A DNA stretch of 64,000 nt from an uncultured Pseudomonadales bacterium (lineage in GTDB: Bacteria > Patescibacteriota > Microgenomatia > UBA1400 > MFAQ01): contig CAYHNG010000005.1 of NCBI GenBank assembly GCA_964357975.1, positions 1,031 through 65,030 on the forward strand. Reading direction: 5' to 3'. Below the pieces are notes generated by a model. That model ran no database searches, was not told the origin of the DNA, and was given only the letters and a program-made list of their open reading frames with translations. Of this stretch, positions 49,278 to 55,160 are shown piece by piece; within the stretch, counting starts at the first letter, position 1; each line of letters starts with the position of its first letter. The position numbers were made by a program, and so were the translations under genes.

Positions 49278-49634
49278 CTACTTTTTGACACTAAAGGAAA
49301 CAACATCTTTGAAGGCGTCGGGCAAATTGGTAGCCAAAGCGGCCAAAACCTTTCGGTTCAAAGTAATTTTTTTGTCGGAGAGGGCTTTAATGAACCTGGA
49401 ATACTTCGGAGCGTCTGTCATGGAAGAGAGTGCTGAGTTAATGCGGGTAATCCAAGTAATACGCATCTGTTGCTTTCTTTCCTTGCGACCATTGTAGGCG
49501 TATTGTCCGGCGTGCAAGACTGCTTCGGAAGCGGTTTTATACAGACGATTACGGGTCATGCGGAAACCCTTGGCGAGCTGGAAGACTTTTTTGTGTCCTT
49601 TGCGGCGGACGGTACCGGTTTTAACTCTAGGCAT
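49278..49634 (-). CDS. rplT: 50S ribosomal protein L20
   Basis: MPRVKTGTVRRKGHKKVFQLAKGF... Confidence 0.95.
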   Translation of the reverse strand: MPRVKTGTVRRKGHKKVFQLAKGFRMTRNRLYKTASEAVLHAGQYAYNGRKERKQQMRITWITRINSALSSMTDAPKYSRFIKALSDKKITLNRKVLAALATNLPDAFKDVVSFSVKK

Positions 49635-49648
49635 GTGTGTTTATGTAT

Positions 49649-49849
49649 TTATAAATGAAGCATGGCCTTAATTTTGGTAGCGATCTTGCCGGTAACTTCT
49701 TGGTAGTGTCGATATCTGCGGATGAGCTTTTTGCTTTTTTTGCGACGAAGATGGCGCATGTATGGACTACGACGCAGGACTTTACCCGTACCGGTAATTT
49801 TGAATCTTTTCATGACGATTTTTCTCGTCTTTTGCTTTTGTTTGGTCAT
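49649..49849 (-). CDS. rpmI: 50S ribosomal protein L35
   Basis: MTKQKQKTRKIVMKRFKITGTGKVLRR... Confidence 0.9.
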   Translation of the reverse strand: MTKQKQKTRKIVMKRFKITGTGKVLRRSPYMRHLRRKKSKKLIRRYRHYQEVTGKIATKIKAMLHL

Positions 49850-49854
49850 AGCGG

Positions 49855-50361
49855 TTATTTTTTTGGTTTGACTTGGGCAATCAGAAGTTTACCCAAAAAT
49901 TTCGGGGCTTCGACAAGCGTGGAGACTTCGGACAGCAGGCTGATAACCTGGGCCATGACTTTCTCTCCAAATTCTTTCTTGGTGATTTCCCTGCCCTGGA
50001 ATTTTACCACCAACTTGACGCGATCGCCACCCTTGAGGAATTTTTCAGCCTGGCGAACCTTGACCATCATGTCATTTTCGGCCATAAATGGTTTGAGGCG
50101 GATCTCTTTGGTTTCCTGACCTCCCTTAGAACTGCCGGAATGATCTTTCTTTTCCTCCTGGTATTTAAACTTTTGAAAGTCAATAATTTTGACAATGGGC
50201 GGGGTGGCCTTTTCGGTTACTTCCACCAAGTCAAGCCCAAGTGTCGCGGCCCTTTCGAGAGCTTCTTTGGTGGCCATAATACCTAGTTGTTTGCCTTCTT
50301 CATCGATAACCCGGACTTCGGGATAGCGGATATTTTGATTTATGCGGTAGTATTTACCCAA
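49855..50361 (-). CDS. infC: translation initiation factor IF-3
   Basis: IRYPEVRVIDEEGKQLGIM...N- and C-domains. Reading frame opens at TTG (50361) with no ATG, as expected for an autoregulated infC. Exact start uncertain. Confidence 0.88.
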   Translation of the reverse strand: MGKYYRINQNIRYPEVRVIDEEGKQLGIMATKEALERAATLGLDLVEVTEKATPPIVKIIDFQKFKYQEEKKDHSGSSKGGQETKEIRLKPFMAENDMMVKVRQAEKFLKGGDRVKLVVKFQGREITKKEFGEKVMAQVISLLSEVSTLVEAPKFLGKLLIAQVKPKK

Positions 50362-50369
50362 GTTTTTGT

Positions 50370-50407
50370 TTTTTGATTGATGATTTGTATAGTTCCCCGC
50401 ATGCGCG
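50370..50407 (-). promoter_or_regulatory. conserved GC-rich promoter-associated motif upstream of infC (copy 1)
   Basis: Minus strand TTGTCATCCTCGCGCATGCGGGGAACTATACAAATC. Near-identical copy upstream of tRNA-Arg at 53712-53747. Confidence 0.4.
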
Positions 50408-50470
50408 AGGATGACAAGTACGTCAATTTTACTATATTTTCAGCCACAAAAGAGGCGGTGATTGTTGGTA

Positions 50471-50499
50471 AGAAAAAAAAGACGCCATGTAATGGCGTC
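50471..50499 (-). terminator. intrinsic terminator of the small Cys-protein gene
   Basis: Minus strand GACGCCAT-tac-ATGGCGTC followed by TTTTTTTT. Confidence 0.6.
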
Positions 50500-50506
50500 T
50501 GCGAGA

Positions 50507-50824
50507 TTAGTCTGTGACAATCAGATCGTCGGGAATTTGAAGTGTTCGATTGCGAAGTTGGCACAGCTCCGAGCCTGTGGCGTGGACGGCGCTATCTTGA
50601 TGTTCATAGAGATAGCCACCATCTAAACCGATCCAACCAACTCCCCGACAGGGATAGCTGTAGCTTGTTGTACCAGCGCGTGAAGCATGGAGTCTTGGGC
50701 ATCCGGTGCAGCCTTGAGTCTTGATTAACTTGGCTAGGGTTATCGATTCTTGATAACCAGAAGGTTTTGCGTTATGCAACCGAATCATACCCTGAACGTA
50801 GCCATAAAATCGTAAAGTAAGCAT
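50507..50824 (-). CDS. small Cys-containing hypothetical protein (105 aa)
   Basis: ATG at 50824 preceded by GGGAGGA SD. Extended -10 promoter upstream and terminator downstream. Product MLTLRFYGYVQGMIRLHNAKPSGY...QGCTGCP...YPCRG. No family recognised. Confidence 0.45.
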   Translation of the reverse strand: MLTLRFYGYVQGMIRLHNAKPSGYQESITLAKLIKTQGCTGCPRLHASRAGTTSYSYPCRGVGWIGLDGGYLYEHQDSAVHATGSELCQLRNRTLQIPDDLIVTD

Positions 50825-50872
50825 GGATCCTCCCGCTGGGAATGAGTTTGAGTGTTTAAAGAAACCTTTTCT

Positions 50873-50908
50873 GAAATATATCACACTAGGCGCGAAAAGT
50901 CAAGTTAT
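50873..50908 (-). promoter_or_regulatory. sigma70-type promoter (TTGACT-17 bp-TGaTATATT) for the small Cys-protein gene
   Basis: Minus strand TTGACTtttcgcgcctagTGTGATATATT. Textbook -35 and extended -10. Confidence 0.5.
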
Positions 50909-50924
50909 GGGATAGTCAGCTATA

Positions 50925-50947
50925 CAAAAAAATCACCCTGATGGTGA
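50925..50947 (-). terminator. intrinsic terminator after the tRNA-Val 3'-fragment
   Basis: Minus strand ATCACC-atcag-GGTGAT followed by TTTTTTT. Confidence 0.5.
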
Positions 50948-50957
50948 TGTTTTCTTG

Positions 50958-51002
50958 TGGGCCCGACTGGACTCCCTCGAGTAGCTTCGCTCTCTCGGAC
51001 CC
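50958..51002 (-). pseudogene. tRNA-like minihelix / tRNA-Val 3'-end remnant
   Basis: Minus strand GGGTCCG-agagagcgaagct-ACTCG-agggagt-CCAGT-CGGGCCC-A forms a 7-bp acceptor plus a T-arm-like stem. Last 20 nt identical to the tRNA-Val 3' end (50955-50974 = 51095-51114). Confidence 0.45.
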
Positions 51003-51068
51003 GTCTCGGCAGGTTCGTTACGAAACTGCCTCCGACATTCGATTCCATTAGCGTAGTAATATAAAAAC

Positions 51069-51093
51069 TCCTCCACAAGGGAGGACCTTTTAT
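51069..51093 (-). terminator. intrinsic terminator immediately after tRNA-Val
   Basis: Minus strand GGTCCTCC-cttgt-GGAGGAG followed by TTTTTAT. Confidence 0.55.
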
Positions 51094-51097
51094 ATTG

Positions 51098-51171
51098 TGG
51101 GCCCGACTGGACTCGAACCAGTGACCTCTGCAATGTCAATGCAGCGCTCTAGCCAGCTGAGCTACGAGCCC
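51098..51171 (-). tRNA. tRNA-Val (anticodon GAC)
   Basis: Hand fold gives acceptor GGGCTCG/CGGGCCC, D arm GCTC/GAGC, anticodon stem CTGCA/TGCAG with loop TTGACAT, T arm ACTGG-TTCGAGT-CCAGT, discriminator A. No CCA encoded. Confidence 0.85.
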
Positions 51172-51180
51172 GAAATTTTA

Positions 51181-51250
51181 TTATTTGATGAGCGCTTCTA
51201 GCCTCAGCCGTAGGCTGATCCGCCTTTGGAGGAAGCTGAGCTACGAGCCC
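51181..51250 (-). pseudogene. tRNA-Val 5'-fragment (acceptor + D arm) with about 28-nt insertion
   Basis: Minus strand GGGCTCGTAGCTCAGCT[tcctccaaaggcggatcagcctac]GGCTGAGGCTAGAAGCGCT. The first 16-17 nt are identical to tRNA-Val positions 1-17. No anticodon or T arm follows. Confidence 0.45.
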
Positions 51251-51306
51251 ATGCGCCTGCGGCGCTATTTTAGGCCTTCGGCATAAAATACATATGTATT
51301 TTATCA

Positions 51307-51858
51307 TCAGCCAACAGATGTGGCTACGGCGCGTTCATTGGCTTGAGTGTAGGAATTGCCTTTGGACTTGGCCATGCTCCAGTAAACACCTTTTTTGGCG
51401 GATCGACCATTGTACATTTCCAGCCAACTATTGGCGTCCTGAACCTTAAGACTAAAAATTTGGATCATTTTCTGGATGTGGGTTAGGAAACTTTCGTGAT
51501 AGACTCCCGCTTCGGAAACCGGAGACTCCACCGCTTTAAGAAGGTTGGCATCGAGGGTTTTTACCTGTTTGGCTAAATTCCTCAGCTGCTCTCTAATCTC
51601 GTCAATTCGCCTTTCAGTTTGTTTTTCTTTTGAAGAGTAGACCTTACTCCATTCTTGCTTTCTGGCTTGGGAAAAGGCTTCGGCACGTCGTTTCTCGCTC
51701 TCTTTCTTTTGCTGGAACTCGGCAAAGGGGTTGGTTTTTGATTCTTGATTACCGTTTTCGAACGTTCTGGCTTGAGAATTACGAAGAGCCTCCAAAAAAC
51801 TCTGAATCTTGGAGTTTCCCTGACTTTGGTTTGATGAGCTGCCCGTATTACTGTTCAT
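51307..51858 (-). CDS. hypothetical protein (low-complexity N-terminus, coiled-coil)
   Basis: 183-aa ORF with S/N/Q-rich N-terminus and a charged helical middle. No family recognised. Confidence 0.45.
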   Translation of the reverse strand: MNSNTGSSSNQSQGNSKIQSFLEALRNSQARTFENGNQESKTNPFAEFQQKKESEKRRAEAFSQARKQEWSKVYSSKEKQTERRIDEIREQLRNLAKQVKTLDANLLKAVESPVSEAGVYHESFLTHIQKMIQIFSLKVQDANSWLEMYNGRSAKKGVYWSMAKSKGNSYTQANERAVATSVG

Positions 51859-51875
51859 AACGTGGCCCTATAATA

Positions 51876-52652
51876 TCAGATGCCCATTAAATAATCAATG
51901 GTTTTGCGCCGATTCATGATGGACCGGAGCTGATCCATTTGTTTTGATGAAACATTGGACACCATGGCTAATTCTAACAGTTCCTTGTCTTCGGTGTCTA
52001 TTTTTTGGTCTTTGGCAATTTCCAGTAGCAGGAGATCAAGGCGGACGGATTTTTCGGCACTATCCGAGTACTCTTTCTTTACCTGCTCAAGGTTTTTTCC
52101 GAGAGCCTTGAGATAGTCTTCGAGCGGGAGGTTGAGGGATTTGGACTGGGAAGCTAACCGTTCCAAACTATGATTAACTTCTTCGTTGATGACCAACTCC
52201 GAAACATCCACTTTTTCATGGTCCAGGAGAGCTTGGTAAACATCTTCGACCTTCCGGTCTTTTTTGTCTTTGGTTTTGAGATATTTGGTATAGTCGCCAA
52301 GCTTAATTTCCGGATAGAGCGGCAGTTGGAGTTTGATTTTCCAACTACCGTCTTTTTCGGCTTTAAGTTCTTCCAAGACAGGCCGCCCCAAAAGCCGGTA
52401 GTGGTTTTCTTCGATGGTATGTTCGAGGAGGTGACTCATGACGTGGTTAAGAATGTGATCGCTCAACTTGTCCGGGTCAAGATTTTTTTCGGCGACAGCT
52501 TTGGGGGCCTTGCCCTGACGAAAGCCCTTGACGGTGACGGTTTTGATCATTTCGTCGACTACGTGGTTTTTTTCGATATCGACTTCTTCGTGAGAAACCG
52601 TGGCTTCCAGATAGGCAGTCCCCTTTTCAATTTTGATTTGTTTGGTGTTCAT
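51876..52652 (-). CDS. tig: trigger factor (N-terminal and C-terminal domains only, no PPIase domain)
   Basis: Ribosome-binding signature VKGFRQGKAPKAVAEK (GFRxGxxP). 258 aa, so the FKBP/PPIase middle domain is missing. Confidence 0.7.
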   Translation of the reverse strand: MNTKQIKIEKGTAYLEATVSHEEVDIEKNHVVDEMIKTVTVKGFRQGKAPKAVAEKNLDPDKLSDHILNHVMSHLLEHTIEENHYRLLGRPVLEELKAEKDGSWKIKLQLPLYPEIKLGDYTKYLKTKDKKDRKVEDVYQALLDHEKVDVSELVINEEVNHSLERLASQSKSLNLPLEDYLKALGKNLEQVKKEYSDSAEKSVRLDLLLLEIAKDQKIDTEDKELLELAMVSNVSSKQMDQLRSIMNRRKTIDYLMGI

Positions 52653-52704
52653 AGCGTCTTATTTTAACCCATCAAGAGCTGGCGGTGGTAAAATGATTAG
52701 ACTT

Positions 52705-52785
52705 GCCGAGGTGGCGAAATGGTAGACGCACTAGCTTTAGGAGCTAGCGGGGCAACCCATGGAGGTTCAAGTCCTCTCCTCGGCA
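52705..52785 (+). tRNA. tRNA-Leu (anticodon TAG)
   Basis: Acceptor GCCGAGG/CCTCGGC, 3-bp D stem, anticodon loop TTTAGGA, long variable arm, T arm GGAGG-TTCAAGT-CCTCT. Confidence 0.85.
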
Positions 52786-52790
52786 CCGAA

Positions 52791-53420
52791 TTACTCCAGA
52801 TGGTCGAAGAACTGTGAGACGCCGTTGGCCCAAGAACCATCTGAAGGAGGGGTATAGGTCTTCATGACTTCCAGTGGGTCTTTACTGTGTTTACCTTTGA
52901 GAAAGATTTTGGTGAATTGGGGTGCAATTCTTCGAAGAGCATCCTCGTAGTTATCGAAACGGGTGACCTTGAGAACTGCCGGGTTTGATGGTTCCGGATA
53001 TATCCCCCACCCCCAGCAGTTATACGAATTTTCTGGGATCCTTTTACAGAGATTTGATTCTTGCTGGGCAATAGCTACTAGCCAGCGGTAATCAAACTGA
53101 TACTGATCCGAAAGAGACACAATGAGATTTGAGTACTGCTCTAGAGGTGAGCCGAATTTGTGGAGATATTGACGAATGATCTCCGGTCGGGCGTCGGCGG
53201 TGATAATTGAAGTCTTTATTTGCTCGTCAAAGGCCGGTAACGCGGAGAAGATAAATGGTTCTTCCGGGTTGGGAATGGTTTCGGAGTTAAGATTGTCTGT
53301 TGTAACGCCTAAAATAAGTTTTGACTCATTTGTGTTTTGAATCAGAGTGGTGTTGATACCAAAGGCAATACGTGAAGTGATTACAAAAAGTGCCAGCAGA
53401 TACAAAAACTTTTTCGCCAT
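52791..53420 (-). CDS. secreted peptidoglycan hydrolase-like protein (glucosaminidase/FlgJ-like motif)
   Basis: Signal peptide. WLVAIAQQESNLC...NCWGWGIY resembles the AQAALESGWG...N(L)FG glucosaminidase motif. 209 aa. Tentative. Confidence 0.4.
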   Translation of the reverse strand: MAKKFLYLLALFVITSRIAFGINTTLIQNTNESKLILGVTTDNLNSETIPNPEEPFIFSALPAFDEQIKTSIITADARPEIIRQYLHKFGSPLEQYSNLIVSLSDQYQFDYRWLVAIAQQESNLCKRIPENSYNCWGWGIYPEPSNPAVLKVTRFDNYEDALRRIAPQFTKIFLKGKHSKDPLEVMKTYTPPSDGSWANGVSQFFDHLE

Positions 53421-53465
53421 AAGCTAATTTACTGTGGCAGAAATAAGCGACGATGTCAAGAAAAG

Positions 53466-53486
53466 GTGCACCAAGAGGGAGTCGAA
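53466..53486 (-). repeat. 21-nt duplicate of the tRNA-Arg 3' end
   Basis: GTGCACCAAGAGGGAGTCGAA at 53466-53486 is identical to 53609-53629 (T-loop through discriminator of tRNA-Arg). Confidence 0.8.
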
Positions 53487-53571
53487 GTCTTCGGTAACAT
53501 CTGCTGATGTTCCTCAGACCGCGCCTCAGCGCCGGTCGCGCTTCCGGCAGGTTCTCCTCCCGCGAGTTTAC

Positions 53572-53599
53572 AAACAAAAATCTCCCGACAAGCGAGAGA
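53572..53599 (-). terminator. intrinsic terminator after tRNA-Arg; same hairpin as at 46136
   Basis: Minus strand ATCTCTCGCTTGTCGGGAGA followed by TTTTTG. Confidence 0.5.
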
Positions 53600-53609
53600 T
53601 TTTGGTTTG

Positions 53610-53683
53610 TGCACCAAGAGGGAGTCGAACCCCCAACCGACAGCTTCGAAGGCTGGCGCTCTATCCAGTTGAGCTATTGGTGC
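53610..53683 (-). tRNA. tRNA-Arg (anticodon TCG)
   Basis: Acceptor GCACCAA/TTGGTGC, D arm GCTC/GAGC, anticodon loop CTTCGAA (U33, A37), T arm GGGGG-TTCGACT-CCCTC. Confidence 0.8.
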
Positions 53684-53711
53684 ATGGGTGTATTTTAGAC
53701 TAATTCGGAGC

Positions 53712-53747
53712 GATTGTTATAGATCCCCGCCTACGCGAGGATGACAA
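53712..53747 (-). promoter_or_regulatory. conserved GC-rich promoter-associated motif upstream of tRNA-Arg (copy 2)
   Basis: Minus strand TTGTCATCCTCGCGTAGGCGGGGATCTATAACAATC, about 85% identical to the infC-upstream copy. Confidence 0.4.
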
Positions 53748-53787
53748 TAGAGATAACGCGAGAAAATGGGGTAAAATATGTAGGTTC

Positions 53788-53861
53788 GGGTCAGTAGCTC
53801 AGTTGGTTAGAGCACCTGCCTCTTAAGTAGGGTGTCGCGGGTTCGAGTCCCGCCTGACCCA
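53788..53861 (+). tRNA. tRNA-Lys (anticodon CTT)
   Basis: Acceptor GGGTCAG/CTGACCC, D arm GCTC/GAGC, anticodon loop CTCTTAA, T arm GCGGG-TTCGAGT-CCCGC. CC encoded after the discriminator. Confidence 0.8.
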
Positions 53862-53887
53862 CCCCTTATCGTATATATTAGATAGTA

Positions 53888-55123
53888 GTGAAACTATTGA
53901 TCTTTACCTATGCCCCCGCAGGACTGGGTCATTTGCGAGTAACTGATGCTTTGGCGGATAGCCGGCCAAAAGACTCTCCTTATGTGCTTTTGGGATCGAT
54001 AGATAGATTCGTTACCTGGATTCATCGTTTTACCAGTATTAACCCGTTTGGAAAATACGTTTTTTTGAGATCTCAGTATGGAATGCTGGAGGATATTTTT
54101 ACAAAAACATACCGAACCTTATTGATCATGACTGCGGGTGGAATATTCAATCAGCTTAAAGAGATCGTTTTGCATAATGCGGAGTGTACCGATATTTGGA
54201 TTGTGGCCACTCATTTTGGAATGGCTCACCAGATCGGCGCAATAAAAGATAGGCTGGTGAAAGAAACCAAGAAAAATATTAAGCTCATTGTTCAAGTGAC
54301 GGACGACACTTCTCAGCATATTTGGTGCGTTCGAGGAGCAGATTTAACCTTTGTCCCCAGCCGATTTGTGAAGTCAAAATTCGAAAATTACGCCAACAAA
54401 CAAAAAATTGGGTTTGTTTCTGAAGTGATCCCCTATCCCCTATCGAACATGTTAACAAAACCATTGCCTAAAAATTTAGGCACAAGACAAAAAGTTTTTG
54501 CTGATAAGAGTGGGAGGATTAACGTGGCGATCCCCATTTCCGGTGCGGCGGTAGGCCTCATGTATTTTTTAAATTTAGTTAAAGAACTTAACAGGCTTTC
54601 GGATAGATTTGTGTTCTGGGTTTTGGTCAAAAAAACTCCGTTTACAGAGATGTTTATTTCGGTCATGACCAACATCCCCAACGTTAATGTTTTAGTAGGA
54701 AAAAATGACATCCAGATGATTGAGCTTTACGAATTATTGTACGAAAAAAATCTAATCCATATAGAAATTACCAAGCCCAGTGAACAAGCGTTTAAGTCGA
54801 TTATTTACCCAACAAATGTCGGTGGAAGTATTTTGCTTTTTACTTCTCCTGTTGGCCGCCAAGAAAAAGAAAACATTAAATTTTTGGAAAGACATAGGCT
54901 GATGCCTATCTCCGGATTGCCAATAACTCCCAGAGCGATTAGAGTCTCGCAAAATCCGAAAATTGCAGCCAAGTTCATAAAATGGGGAGTTAACTCCGGA
55001 CTGTTTAGAAAGATGACCTCTCCTAACCTTAAGTTTTCCAAGAAGTGTTTGTCTTCCGGTGAGGTTGGTCCGGATGGGGCCAGATTGTTTTGGAAAATGG
55101 CAGAAAAGAGGTTTGGGAAGTAG
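53888..55123 (+). CDS. glycosyltransferase (GT28 / MGDG-synthase / MurG-like fold), putative
   Basis: N-terminus FTYAPAGLGHLRVTDALA resembles the G-rich N-terminal motif of GT28-family enzymes. 411 aa. Tentative. Confidence 0.4.
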   Translation: MKLLIFTYAPAGLGHLRVTDALADSRPKDSPYVLLGSIDRFVTWIHRFTSINPFGKYVFLRSQYGMLEDIFTKTYRTLLIMTAGGIFNQLKEIVLHNAECTDIWIVATHFGMAHQIGAIKDRLVKETKKNIKLIVQVTDDTSQHIWCVRGADLTFVPSRFVKSKFENYANKQKIGFVSEVIPYPLSNMLTKPLPKNLGTRQKVFADKSGRINVAIPISGAAVGLMYFLNLVKELNRLSDRFVFWVLVKKTPFTEMFISVMTNIPNVNVLVGKNDIQMIELYELLYEKNLIHIEITKPSEQAFKSIIYPTNVGGSILLFTSPVGRQEKENIKFLERHRLMPISGLPITPRAIRVSQNPKIAAKFIKWGVNSGLFRKMTSPNLKFSKKCLSSGEVGPDGARLFWKMAEKRFGK

Positions 55124-55160
55124 TATATCTGGTATATACTGAAGAGAAATCTTACCTCTA

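Noticed and set aside
50507-50884. Possible structured ncRNA (RNase P RNA or tmRNA) in the 450-bp gap next to tRNA-Val, and the longer 125-aa version of the ORF
   Set aside because: No GGAAAGTCCGG / ACAGAAcCCGGCTTA P4 motifs and no tmRNA 5'-GGGG/3'-T-arm-CCA ends were found. The region instead has a canonical promoter, SD, ATG (50824) and terminator, which fits a 105-aa protein. The upstream extension to 50884 would start inside the -10 box. Formal exclusion still needs a covariance-model search.
53434-53703. ORFs 53434-53703 (+), 53507-53698 (+) and 50933-51139 (-) from the six-frame track
   Set aside because: They run through tRNA-Arg / tRNA-Val genes and their terminators and are artefacts of stop-free stretches.
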